A stretch of DNA of 61,382 nucleotides, filler included, from Chiloscyllium plagiosum (lineage: Eukaryota), in the NCBI RefSeq assembly GCF_004010195.1. It is 3 parts of one record of this genome, joined end to end, with 100 filler letters (N's around TTAATTAATTAA, not from the genome) between each part and the next. Parts side by side here need not be neighbours in the genome. Positions count along the whole stretch, not along the records: positions 20,940 to 39,705 come from NC_057710.1; positions 39,806 to 61,382 come from NC_057710.1; 1 more part is not named here. The stretch is one strand, 5' to 3'. The notes beneath the pieces are model-generated. The model searched no databases, was not told the origin of the DNA, and saw only the letters and a program-made list of their open reading frames with translations. Positions 37,744 to 49,961 of the stretch are shown in pieces. Within the stretch, counting starts at the first letter, position 1. Each line of letters starts with the position of its first letter. The position numbers and the translations under genes are program-made.

Positions 37744-37777
37744 ACTGGTATTTAATTTACACCAATTAAATTACACC

Positions 37778-38105
37778 GGCGGCACGGTGGCACAGTGGTT
37801 AGCACTGCTGCCTCACAGCGCCAGAGACCCGGGTTCAATTCCCGCCTCAGGCGACCGACTGTGTGGAGTTTGCACGTTCTCCCCGTGTGTGCGTGGGTTT
37901 CCTCCGGGTACTCCGGTTTCCTCCCACAGTCCAAAGATGTGCAGGTCAGGTGAATTGGCCATGCTAAATTGTCCATAGTGTTAGGTAAGGGGTAAATGTA
38001 GGGGTATGGGTGTGTTACGCTTCGGCGGGTCGGTGTGGACTTGTTGGGCCGAAGGGCCTGTTTCCATACTGTAAGTAATCTAATCTAATCTAATCTAATC
38101 TAATC
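37778..38105 (+). mobile_element. HE1/V-SINE, young (CpG-rich)
   Basis: A box TGGCACAGTGG, B box GGTTCAATTCC, V-domain, (taatc)n tail. Confidence 0.95.
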
Positions 38106-39145
38106 AATTGCCTACTTGACACTGTCAAGCAAATACTGTCAAATTGATTTCATCTCTGGCAATATCACTTGGAGATGGAACTTGTCAGGGAGTCAATCCA
38201 ACCCAAAGTTTTCAAATTTTATCTCCAGTCCTGTCCTTCTTTGCTGTAAACATAGTTCAACATGATCACCTATAATATTATCACATTTAAGTTTACTACC
38301 TTGCCAGGGAGTACTGAAGGTTTCACAACTACCAGTTAGCAAATCTGAATCACAGTAACAACTACAATATCTTGTGCACTTTATAAGATTAAATGCTGTT
38401 TTGATCATCTCATTATTTTCCAGAATTTCTTTTAAATATATCATGTATTTATACCAGCATCTAACAAGAAGACCTCTATACTGAATTCTGAAAGCTGTGG
38501 TTGCAATCTAGTTGATCTATACCTTACAACAACATTATGTGGTCTCCTTTTAAACTAGCAGCAACTTATAATATGCACACACAAGAAAAGGTTTCAAACA
38601 AAACAATAGTACTTTGTGCAATGGACGTCTTGGATGAAATGTTCTTCTATCTGCTACAGCTCACTATTAAATTAAAAGCACAGCCCAGGGAATCCCAAAT
38701 GTCTCAGGATGTCTGGGAATCTCCCAGTTTGAACTTTGTTACTTCTCTTTCTGTTAGTTATTTTACAACATGTTTCAGCCCAAAGCAGTTATTAAAGAAG
38801 AAAAATAAAGTATGAGACAAAGTATCGCTAAAATCTTTGGTTCCACCCTTGGCAAACAACTTAAGCCAGTTTTTGAGTTTCTCAAGTTTTTTTTGCCTGT
38901 TGACCATCACAAGCACCCACTCTGAAATAGCACTTTTCTGTTTCAAATAGGTTTGCTATAAATATAAGTGTACTATCATTGAGGTGCACTCAATATAGCA
39001 AGCCAATTTTGTCTAGTAAATATTAAATTTCCTAAAAGTCCTATCACAAAGAGCTTCATCAAGTTCAATTATTTATTTATACTATATAAAGAAATATCTA
39101 AAATGTACACAAATCTTTCATGTGAACACACTTAGAGTGAAAGGT

Positions 39146-39590
39146 AACATAGAACATAGAACATAGAAGAATACAGCGCAGTACAGGCCCTTCGGCCCTC
39201 GATGTTGCGCCGATCCAAGCCCACCTAACCTACACTAGCCCACTATCCTCCATATGCCTATCCAATGCCCGCTTAAATGCCCATAATGAGGGAGAGTCCA
39301 CCACTGCTACTGGGATGGCATTCCATAAACTCACGACTCACTGAGTAAAGAACCTACCCATAACATCTGTCCTATACCTACCCCCCCTTAATTTAAAGCT
39401 ATGCCCCCTTGTAATAGCTGACTCCATATGTGGAAAAAGATTCTCACTGTCGACCCTATCTAAACCCCTAATCATCTTGTACACCTCTATCAAGTCACCC
39501 CTAAACCTTCTTTTCTCCAATGAAAACAACCCCAAGTGCCTCAGCCTTTCCTCATACGATCTTCCTACCATACCAGGAAACATTCTGGTA
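39146..39590 (-). mobile_element. CR1 LINE 3' fragment
   Basis: ORF 39338-39583 and an (aacatag)n tail. Confidence 0.92.
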
Positions 39591-39705
39591 AGAGGGCCTG
39601 TGCCCGAAACGTCGAATCTCCTGTTCCCTGGATGCTGCCTGACCTGCTGTGCTGTTCCAGCAATAAAGTTTCAACTTTGATCTCCAGCATCTGCAGACCT
39701 CACTT
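39591..39705 (+). mobile_element. Single-arm PLE 3'-end derivative running into a gap
   Basis: gggcctgtgcccgaaacgtcgaatctcc...gcagacctcactt. Confidence 0.85.
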
Positions 39706-39805
39706 NNNNNNNNNNNNNNNNNNNNNNNNNNNNNNNNNNNNNNNNNNNNTTAATTAATTAANNNNNNNNNNNNNNNNNNNNNNNNNNNNNNNNNNNNNNN
39801 NNNNN

Positions 39806-40130
39806 GTCTATGATTCCAGATAAAGGAACCCAACCAGCCATATAATTTACGTAGTGCCAGCCTCGGCAGCATCACCGGAAACATTCTCATAGGGTATAGG
39901 AGACGGGGCAGGACATTCATTTTAATTCGTGCTATTCTACCCAGCCAGGAAATTGGAAGGTCTCCCCATCGCTGGAAGTCCTGCCTTATCCTTTCCAGTA
40001 AATGCACAAAGCTAGCCTTGTATAACTGACCAAATACTGGGGTAATAAAAATGCCTAAATATAAGAAACCCTCCAGGGACCAACGAAAGGGAAAATGGGA
40101 TCCGTCCACTAAGTGGAGTATCATAGCAAG
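39806..40130 (-). mobile_element. L1 ORF2 fragment (post-RT region)
   Basis: YLGIFIT...RWGDLPISWLGRIARIKMNVLPRLLY...FIW. Confidence 0.9.
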
Positions 40131-40679
40131 GTCAGGTTGGACCAGGTTAATAACCCCAGCATCAAACTCATATTCTGTGAGATCTACCAGGCTGACCTCA
40201 TTGCAATCACTGCATTCTTAAGTTTGAGCAAATTTTCGGTCTGGAGACTCATCAAAATCAGATTCTATAGAAGTAGCTGAGTTCCTTCCTGAAAAGATTT
40301 TAATGGATCAGATCGGACTATTAAAAGCTAACATTGTGGTCATCACTATAAATGTTAGTTTTTTTTTTGTATTGTAGATTAATTTAAATATCTGAATTTA
40401 ACTTGTCCAGATCTCAAGATTACTAGTCCATTAACATAACTTTTGCATGAGTTATTTCTTTTGTGGGATATTAGCATCATTGGCAAGGCCAGCATTTGAG
40501 GCACAATTTTGAATTCCCCTTGAGAAAGTAATATGAGTTTCCTTCTTGAGCTGCCTCAGTCCATCTAGTGCGGGCACAGCCAGAAAGTCATGAAAAAGGG
40601 AGTTACAGGATTTGACCAGCTGTTCAGTCTGTTTCTGTTGATACAGTTGCCAAATGGCCTCATTCTGCAAACTTGACTG

Positions 40680-42296
40680 ATGTTACGAAAGAGATAGTGC
40701 TAGAAAAGTTAAAGTCTTAAAATTGATAAATCTCCTGGCCCCGATGGGATACACCCTAGAGTTCTGAGAGAGGTGGCTGAGGAAATAGCAGAGGCATTGG
40801 TTGAGATCTTTCAAGAGTCACTGGAGTCAGGAAAGGTCCCGGATGATTGGAAGATGGCTGTTGTAACCCCGTTGTTCAAGAAAGGATCAAGGCAAAAGAT
40901 GGAAAATTATAGGCCAATCGGCTTAACCTCGGTTGTTGGTAAAATTCTAGAATCCATCATTAAGGATGAGGTTTCTAAATTCTTGGAAGAGCAGAGTCTG
41001 ATTAGAACAAGTCAACATGGATTTAGTAAAGGGAGGTCATGCCTGACAAACCTGTTGGAATTTTTTGAAGAGGTAACAAGTAGGTTAGACCAGGGAAACC
41101 CAGTGTATGTGGTCTATCTAGACTTTCAAAAGGCCTTTGATAAGGTGCTACACGGGAGGCTGCTGAGCAAGGTGATGGCCCATGGTGTTCGAGGTGAGCT
41201 GCTGTGATGGATTGAGGATTGGCTGTCTAACAGAGGGCAGAGAGTTGGGATAAAAGGTTCTTTTTCAGAATGGCAGCCGGTGACGAGCGGTGTCCCGCAG
41301 GGTTCGGTGCTGGGGCCACAGCTGTTCGCATTATATATTAACGATTTGGATGAGGGAACCGGGGGCATTCTAGCGAATTTTGCCGATGATACGAAGTTAG
41401 GTGGACAGGCAGGTAGTACTGAGGAGGTGGGGAGGCTACAGAAGGATCTAGACCGGTTGGGAGAGTGGTCCAGGAAATGGCTGATGGAATTTAACGTGAG
41501 CAAGTGCGAGGTGTTGCACTTTGGCAAAAAGAATAAAAGCATTGACTACTTTCTAAATGGTGAGAAAATTAATAAAGCCAAAGCACAAAGGGATCTGTGA
41601 GTGCTAGTCGAGGATTCTCTAAAGGTAAACATGCAGGTTGAGTCCGTGATTAAGAAAGCGAATGCAATGTTGTCTCTTATCTCAAGAGGGTTGGAATATA
41701 AAAGCAGATATTTTATAAAGCTCTGGTTAGGCCCCATTTGGAGTACTGTGTCCAGTTTTGGTCCCCACACCTCAGGAAGGACATACTGGCACTGGAACGT
41801 GTCCAGCGGAGATTCACACGGATGATCCCTGGAATGACAGGTCTAACATATGAGGAATGGCTGAGGATACTGGGATTGTATTCGTTGGAGTTTAGAAGAT
41901 TAAGGGGAGACTTAATAGAGACGTACAAAATAATACATGGCTTGGAAAACGTGGATGCTAGGAAATTGTTTCCGTTAGACGAGGAGACTAGGACCCGTGG
42001 ACACAGCCTTAGAATTAGAGGGGGTCATTTCAGAACAGAAATGCGGAGACATTTCTTCAGCCAGAGATTGGTGGGCCTGTGGAATTCATTGCCACGGAGT
42101 GCAGTGGAAGCCGGGACGCTAAATGTCTTCAAGGCCGAGATTGATAGATCTTGTTGTCGAGAGGAATTAAGGGCTACGGGGAGAACGCTGGTAAGTGGAG
42201 CTGAAATGCGCATCAGCCATGATTGAATGGCGGAGTGGACTCGATGGGCCGAATGGCCTTACTTCCACTCCTATGTCTTATGGTCTAATGGTCTTA
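40680..42296 (+). mobile_element. Relatively young 5'-truncated CR1 LINE (RT region, disrupted)
   Basis: ORFs 40773-41207, 41280-41600 ([10 protein letters not shown]...FADD) and 41738-42226, plus tail (tatggtct)n. Confidence 0.95.
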
Positions 42297-44130
42297 TATA
42301 TTAGGGCTTTGATCAGTATATACCGTCCAGACTCATCATTTATCTGGCTTAACATTTGGAAAGGAAGATTCTTCCGAATGAGAATGACTACTCCCCTACT
42401 TTTTGAACTGAAAGATGAGGAAAAAGCCTGATCAAATCCACCCTGTTGTAGCTTTAAGTATTCTTTGTCAAGTAGATGTGTCTCCTGTAGGAGAGCTGTG
42501 TCAACCCTTTCTTTTTTGAGACTTGATAATATCTTTTTCCTTTTGATTGGTGAATTACTTCCCTTGACATTCCAAGTGCACTACCTAAGTGAACGGCTAG
42601 CCATGATCGAGACGCCTCAGGAAGAACCCCACCCAAAATACCTTGAATAAAGACCATAGAAAATTCACAAATGCAAAAATTCTTTAAAACATTTACAACA
42701 ACACCATTAAAAATTATTCCTAAGTAAAATAAAACAATGCAAAACATACTTGAAAGGAGACTTTACCCCTTGCTCCCAGGGAGCGTGGCTACCTGTCAAT
42801 AACCCTGCCATAACCTTTCCTAGCGAGGGCCCTGCCCTCAGCCCAGGCATTATAGAATGGAGTAGACAAATTCAAGTATTCTATACTACAAAGTTAGAAT
42901 CCCAGCAAGTATCAGGTAACTAAGTAAAATGAAAAAAGAAAACCCCGCTTTAAAGAAAGACAAAACAAAACAAGCCCCCTCCCACACAAATCGAATAAGC
43001 CACACGAATTGTAAAAAAGAAACCAAAGAGAGAGTAAAGAACAAGCCCGCCCCTACCCCCAGGGAAAGATAATGGAAAAGAGATGAAGAAGGAAAAAAGG
43101 GTAAAGGAGGGTAGGGGGGCAAAATCATGTTGTTATCCATACGGTTTAAGTCCCGCAATCTATTTAAGAGAGTCCAAGAATTCTTTAGCTTTTTCCGGTG
43201 ATCCAAAGTTCTATAGGGATCCTTCGTGGCTGAAGCGCAGTGTTGCTGGGTAACGCATGGAATATTGAATATTTAGGTCTCTTAGATGCTTCTTCGCCAC
43301 ATTAAATGCCCTCCTCTTGTGGACCACGACTAGAGACAAGTCCTGAAATGACATTATCCTGGATCCCTTGTGCATCGTGGCCTTATAGTTGGATTAGAAC
43401 CGGGTGGGCGCGCTGGTCCGGTCCGGGCCTGTGTACAGCAACCCGGTGGGCCCACTCCACCTGCACCTGGCCTGGTCCTGACTCCAACTTTAATATTTGT
43501 GGGAGCCATCGCTTCAGAAAGTTGACAAGCTGACCTTCCTCTTCCGGTTTGGGAAGGCACACCAACCGAATGTTTTCTCGACAGCCCAAATTGTTGAGGT
43601 CGTTGATGTGCTGCTCCGGATTTGCTGCTCAAGAGCCCGGACCCGACCCACAGATGACTCGGCAGTAGTCTTCGAGGACGTGGCCCGTTGCTCCGCCCCT
43701 CCGACGCGCTGTTCAAGTTTTTAGATTTCTCGGTCATGCTTCTGCAGCATGACCAAGAACGACTCCCACCTGGACCTGGACTCTTCAGTAAAGGCGTCAA
43801 TCTTCTCTTGAAGTTTGTTGATCCCAGAGATCAGGCTCACCTATGCAGGTAAGTCCCCTGAAGCGGCCGCGGACGTCTCTGCTGCTGTGAAGGGGGTGGG
43901 GGAGGGTTCCCTGCCTGTTGCAAACTGCGGGAGTTTTTACCCTTAGTCATTTTAAAAACAACACCAAGCTGTCCAAGTTTGGTGTAAAATGATTAACTAT
44001 GCTGGGCAAAAGCTATCTTAAATTATTTAAAGGGTGAGGTGTCTAAGACTCGGGTGCTCCACTTTGCCCGAGTCTTAGACAGAGCACTACAGACTCAGAC
44101 TTGCTGGGTCGCCGCTATCTTGAATCCCCC
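42297..44130 (-). mobile_element. L1-clade LINE 5' part (5'UTR, ORF1 43146-43950, start of ORF2 endonuclease from 42604)
   Basis: ORF1 MTKGK...RENIRLVCLP...VEWAHRV. ORF2 TWNVKG...LLQETHL...SRGVVILIRK...DESGRYILI. The 5' end is GGGGGATTCAAGATAGCGGCG. Confidence 0.9.
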
Positions 44131-44469
44131 AGTTAATCATTTTTGATTTTGTTATTATTAGTGTTAAGGTGTTCTGTTTAAAAGTAATTTTCAAAATGAA
44201 CTTTTTTTAGCAGCTTTTTCTATTTGGTATACATCAGAGGGGCAGCATGGTGGCTCAGTGGTTAGCACTACTGCCTCACAGCACCAGGGACCCACGTTTC
44301 AATTCTGGCGTCGGGCGACTGTCTGTGTCTGTGTCTGTGTGGAGTTTGCACATTCTCTCCATGTTTGTGTGGGTTTCCTCTGGGTGTTCCGGTTTCCTCC
44401 GACAGTCCAAAGATGTGCAGGTTCGGTGATTTGGCCATGCTAAATTGCCCATAGTGTTAGGTGCATTAG

Positions 44470-46099
44470 GGAGGAGAAAGTGAGGTCTGCAGATGCTGGA
44501 GATCAGAGCTGGAAATGTGTTGCTGGAAAAGCGCAGCAGGTCAGGCAGCATCCAGGGAACGGGAGAATCGACGTTTCGGGCATAAGCCCTTCTTCAGGAA
44601 TGAGGAAAGTTTGTCCAGCAGGCTAAGATAAAAGGTAGGGAGGAGGGACTTGGGGGAGGGGCGTCGGAAATGTGATAGGTGGAAAGAACAAACCATTATC
44701 TCCCAGACCGTCCATAACCTCATCACCTCGGGGGATCTCCCATCCACCGCCTCNNNNNNNNNNNNNNNNNNNNNNNNNNNNNNNNNNNNNNNNNNNNNNN
44801 NNNNNNNNNNNNNNNNNNNNNNNNNNNNNNNNNNNNNNNNNNNNNNNNNNNNNNNNNNNNNNNNNNNNNNNNNNNNNNNNNNNNNNNNNNNNNNNNNNNN
44901 NNNNNNNNNNNNNNNNNNNNNNNNNNNNNNNNNNNNNNNNNNNNNNNNNNNNNNNNNNNNNNNNNNNNNNNNNNNNNNNNNNNNNNNNNNNNNNNNNNNN
45001 NNNNNNNNNNNNNNNNNNNNNNNNNNNNNNNNNNNNNNNNNNNNNNNNNNNNNNNNNNNNNNNNNNNNNNNNNNNNNNNNNNNNNNNNNNNNNNNNNNNN
45101 NNNNNNNNNNNNNNNNNNNNNNNNNNNNNNNNNNNNNNNNNNNNNNNNNNNNNNNNNNNNNNNNNNNNNNNNNNNNNNNNNNNNNNNNNNNNNNNNNNNN
45201 NNNNNNNNNNNNNNNNNNNNNNNNNNNNNNNNNNNNNNNNNNNNNNNNNNNNNNNNNNNNNNNNNNNNNNNNNNNNNNNNNNNNNNNNNNNNNNNNNNNN
45301 NNNNNNNNNNNNNNNNNNNNNNNNNNNNNNNNNNNNNNNNNNNNNNNNNNNNNNNNNNNNNNNNNNNNNNNNNNNNNNNNNNNNNNNNNNNNNNNNNNNN
45401 NNNNNNNNNNNNNNNNNNNNNNNNNNNNNNNNNNNNNNNNNNNNNNNNNNNNNNNNNNNNNNNNNNNNNNNNNNNNNNNNNNNNNNNNNNNNNNNNNNNN
45501 NNNNNNNNNNNNNNNNNNNNNNNNNNNNNNNNNNNNNNNNNNNNNNNNNNNNNNNNNNNNNNNNNNNNNNNNNNNNNNNNNNNNNNNNNNNNNNNNNNNN
45601 NNNNNNNNNNNNNNNNNNNNNNNNNNNNNNNNNNNNNNNNNNNNNNNNNNNNNNNNNNNNNNNNNNNNNNNNNNNNNNGTTCAGGGTGAGGGCCAGTTCA
45701 GTCAGTCGAAGGAGGGTGTCAGTGGAAGGGTACTGGTTGGTACGGCGGGAAAGGAAGAAGCGGAGGGCTTTGAGTCCTTCGTGATGGGGGATGGAGGTGT
45801 ACAGGGACTGGATGTCCATGGTGAAGATAAGGCGTTGGGGACCGGGGAAGCGAAAATCATGGCGCAGGTGGAGGGCATGGGTGGTGTCCCGAACGTAGGT
45901 GGGGAGTTCTTGGACTAAGGGGGACAGGACGGTGTCAAGGTACGCAGAGATGAGTTCGGTGGGGTAGGAGCAGGCGGAGACAATGGGTCGGCCGGGGCAG
46001 TCAGGTTTGTGGATTTTGGGCAGGAGGTAGAAGCGGGAGGTGGGGGGTTGTGGGACTATGAGGTTGGAGGCGTTGGATGGGAGATCCCCCGAGGTGATG
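44470..46099 (-). mobile_element. Penelope-like element (RT fragment plus hammerhead 3' end), rearranged and spanning a gap
   Basis: RT reads FYLLPKIHKPDCPGRPIVS...YVRDT...TMDIQSLYTSIP. The 3' end equals the MER6-like arm. 11-bp TSD at 44459-44469 and 46100-46110. Confidence 0.9.
44566..44601 (-). ncRNA. Minimal type I hammerhead ribozyme
   Basis: Reverse complement auuc-CUGAAGA-a-gggc-uuau-gccc-GAAA-c-GUC-gauu. Confidence 0.75.
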
Positions 46100-46479
46100 A
46101 GGTGCATTAGTCAGGGATAAATGTAGGGTCAGGGTGGGTTACTGTTCGGAGGTTCGGTGTGGACTTGTTGGGCCAAAGCGCCTGTTTCCATACTGTAGGT
46201 AATTTAATCTAATCTAATCTAATCAGAGCAAGCTTTGACATCTTGATCACTATAGGATTTTGTAATTTGCTGTTAATGAGATTGAGGTAGAACTTGAACA
46301 AAAATCATGATTTTTTAAAATTTCAACAATGCTGGTCATTACACTCCATCTTTTTCTATGTAAAAATGTAATTAGATTGATTACTGGGGATTACTTTAAA
46401 GTTCTGTCATATTATAAAATGAATAAAATAAGATTAGATTCCTCACATACATGTGTTACAATTTTCAAATTTATACAGG

Positions 46480-47825
46480 CTGATTGGGTTCAGAAATATT
46501 TGTTTAGTATAAATGAGGATCTTTTGAAGGGAAATCAGTGTATGTAATGTACTTGGATTTTCAAAGGGCACTGCATGTACGACTACTGGTTGGCATGGAC
46601 TGGTTGGACTGAAGGGTCTGTTTCCATGCTGTACGTCTCTCCGACTGTGTTTTAGGTAGTACATTTAGCATGGACACAGGATTGGCTAATCTTCGGAGAC
46701 AGAGTTGGGGTAAGAAATGGGAGTAGAAGTAGGCCATTCGACCCCTCAAGATGGCTCTGCCAATCAATAGGATTATTGTATAGCATCACACCTCATGTCC
46801 ACCTTTCTGCCCTTTCCCGTCACCCTTGATATCCCCATTGATCTAGAATCTCCCAATTTCAGCCTTAAATATATCCAGGGACTCTGACAATGCTGCTTTC
46901 TGTGGCAAGGAGTTCCAAAGACACTCAGTTCTCTGAGAAGAAATTCATCATGATCTTAGTCCTAAATTAGTGCCCCTTATTTCTGAGACTACATCTCTGA
47001 TCCTAGATTCTGCCATGAGGGGAAGTATCCTTTCAGCATGTACTCTGTCAAACCCCATTAGAATCCTATCCGTTTCAATGAGGTCTCTACCCACTGAAAT
47101 TTAGAACAATGAGAGGAGTCCCAATCCATTATCCTTGGCTCATAAGGGAATCCCTCAAAACTGGGGATCATTCGAGTGAATCTTCTCTGAACTGCCTCCA
47201 GTGAAATTATAACTTCCTTTAAATATGGGAACCAAAACTGCTTATAGTACTCCAGATGTGATCTGGAGCACCACCTTGAACAGTTACATTAAGGCTTCCC
47301 TACTCTTCTACTCCAGCCCCTGAAAAGAAAGACTAACCTTCCATTAGCTTGCCTGGTTACCTGCTGCACCTGTGTGCTAGCTTGGTGTTTCATGCATATA
47401 TGCATTGTAGCTTTCTGCAGTTGTTCTCTATTCTACACCGGGTGGTTTGTGTGTGGAATGAACTGCCAGAGAAAGTGGTAAATGCAGGTACAGTTACGGC
47501 ATTCAAAAGATATTTGGACACATAGATGAATAGGAAGGATTTAGAGGAATATGGGCCAAATGCAGGCAAGGGGACTAGTTTAGTTTAGGAAACTTGGTCG
47601 GCATGCACGTTGGACCAAAAGATCTGTTTCTGTGTTGTGTAACTCAATGACTATTAAACTTGCCTCATTACAGATGCAGAGCTAAAATAGCTATCTCCTG
47701 GTTAGATCAACAATGTACTGTTCCAATAATTATCCGAAATAAACTCTGTGAATTCTTTCTCACAGCTACCTCATGTCAATTTAGTTTCCCAATCCTCATG
47801 AAGGTTGAAAGCATCCGTGATTAAC
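46480..47825. mobile_element. Cluster of degenerate CR1 fragments (minus 46715-47430, plus tail 47435-47652, others)
   Basis: YLDFQRA motif, CR1 3'UTR gtaggccattcgacccc, and gtgtggaatgaactgccagag. Confidence 0.75.
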
Positions 47826-47913
47826 ATTGCATTTTTTTTTTCATGCTTTCATTCTCTCCGGATTTATTCTCTGTTCTACAGAACAGCATCTGTTCGGGGC
47901 CTATAAACAATTA

Positions 47914-48072
47914 CAGAGGAACCTTGATTATCTGACATTTGATTATCCAAATTTCCAGTTCTCCGGCAAGATTGCAAGGTCCCAATGCTTGGCTAAACTG
48001 TGCTATACGAACGTTCGATTATCCAACAAAATATTCCCCGCCTGTGTCGTTTGGATAATCAAGGTTCCTCTG
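47914..48072. mobile_element. Tc1/mariner-superfamily MITE
   Basis: Perfect 19-bp TIR cagaggaaccttgattatc, flanked by TA on both sides. Confidence 0.88.
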
Positions 48073-48614
48073 TACCAGTATCATCTTCCCCTTGTAGATT
48101 CTTAGCTCCATTCACGTGGATTCTACATGATTTGTCCAAGATCTTTTCTTGCTAATGTATGAATTCCATCTTGTACACCCAGTCACCCCTTTGCTGCCTA
48201 TCCTTTTTAAGTAGTCACATACCCCTGAACAGAGAGTTCTTGGCTTCAGACTTCTTGTAACTGTGTGTCGGTAATGAATTTCAGAGCAAATCCATTAATC
48301 TCATTTGTACCATTAGTTCATTTATTTTGTTCTGAATGCTATATTCATTGAAGTAAAGAACTATTAATTTTGTTATTACATTTTTGTTCCCTCATTAGTA
48401 ATTGATAAGGGGATCCAAGGTTATGGAGAGAAGGTATGAAAATGGGGTTAAGATACATCAGCCATAATTGAATGGCAGCCCAGACTTGATAGCCTGTACG
48501 GTCTTATAATCTTTATGCATTTTTTTTTAATGCTTGTAAACTCTGCCCATTCTTGCCTAATGTTTGTATCATTGACAAAATATTTGGCCAAGATGTTGCC
48601 ATATCTTTTTGTTT

Positions 48615-48900
48615 GAGACAAAAAATCTACAGAATGCTGGAATCCAAAGTAGAGAAACAGAAGTCTGGAAGAACACAGCAAGCAAGCCAGCATCAGGAGG
48701 TGGAGAAGTTAACATTTCTGGTATAACCTTTATTGACGAATGGATGTTGGGGTACGCGGGGCAAAAGATAAAGGTGGGGAGAGGGATGGAGTGGTGAGGT
48801 GGTGATTGTTGAATACAGGTAGTGGATACGACATGATTGGTCAGTAAGAAGAATGAATCCAGTTTGTAGTTGGAAAGGAGCGCCAGTTGGAGGAATGGAA
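48615..48900 (-). mobile_element. PLE 3' end, older subfamily
   Basis: gaatgctggaatc...cacagcaagcaagccagcatcaggagg...gttaacatttc resembles the MER6-like arms. Confidence 0.55.
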
Positions 48901-49260
48901 GCCAATGTTTTTACCCTCCTAAATGTTACCTTCACCTCTCATTAGCTCAAAGCCTGTCTCTGTAGGCCCCTGGACACTATTCCCAGGATGGTTCATGTGA
49001 AGGCTGTCCAACCAGAACAAAGGTCTGTCCCTTTGACTGTGTAGTACTGATCCTTGTGCCTCATGAAATCCACTCCTCCGATAGGAATCTTTAAACCACA
49101 CATTTTAACTCTATTACTTCATTTACCCTATATCAGTTTGCCTGTGGTTTAGGTAGTAATCATGTGATTGTTACGTTAGTGTTTCTGTTTTTTAGTTTAG
49201 CTCATCAATGTTCAAAATATTTAAGCAGAATATCCTTTCCACTACTATCAACCTTGTTAG

Positions 49261-49450
49261 AGTCAAAAAGTGTGGTACTGGAAAAGCATAGCCTGTCAGG
49301 CAGCACCGAGGAGCGGGAGAGTTGACGTTTCAAGCTTACACTCAAAAATCGACTCTCTTGCTTCTGGGTTGCTGCCTGACTAGCTCTGTTTTGCCAGCAC
49401 TGCACCTTTTGACTCTGATCTCCAGCATCTGCAGCCTTCACTTTCTCCTT
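49261..49450. mobile_element. Palindromic PLE derivative (degenerate)
   Basis: Inverted arms. TSD tcaaccttgttag / tcaactttattag at 49248-49260 and 49451-49463. Confidence 0.82.
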
Positions 49451-49961
49451 TCAACTTTATTAGTACCAACATGGATGACAGAAACCGGATTCCTGTCCTC
49501 TTGCTCAAGTTCCTCATTCTTGTAAACACCTCAGGAAATGCCCAATTTACTCATAAACTGATATTTAATCAGAATTTGAAAAGAAAGAATATACAAGCAG
49601 AGGACAAGAAATGGAATATGAGGAGATAGTTTTGGTTGAAATATTTATTGCTTGACAGTCTCTTGTGTGGCAGTTTCTGTATTGTGAATGTTTTTACTCT
49701 GGTTTAATGAGAACATTTAATGAGGTGACTGCTAATTATAGCATGTTCTTAAACATCACAGCTTAATTAACAAAAGTAAATATTTTGTCATGTAAGCTGG
49801 GAGACTAATATGGGATTAATATTATTTATTGTAAGTATTGATTTTTAATTTTTGGGATTTCCATGTGTATGGAATTAATAATTACCTTGTACGTATTTCT
49901 GTCTCCATGTGATTTCTTTTAAAAGCAGTTTTTGCAGCCTGGGTTTAGAGTGAATGGGTTG

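Larger units (their letters stand above)
44239..46223 (+). mobile_element. HE1/V-SINE split by a PLE insertion (44239-44469 and 46100-46223)
   Basis: Head and V-domain on the left, tail with (taatc)n on the right, and aggtgcattag duplicated at the break. Confidence 0.88.

Noticed and set aside
37778..37850. tRNA-like sequence
   Set aside because: It is the HE1 SINE head, continuing into the V-domain and tail; not a tRNA gene.
38193..38946. Short minus-strand ORFs in unique sequence (YCDSD-containing; KKLEKLKNWLKLF)
   Set aside because: No convincing paired splice sites or recognisable domain.
44623..46107. Long ORFs of 370-494 aa
   Set aside because: Their length comes from reading through N; only the 45679-46100 PLE RT portion and the short plus-strand RT piece at 44690-44753 are real.
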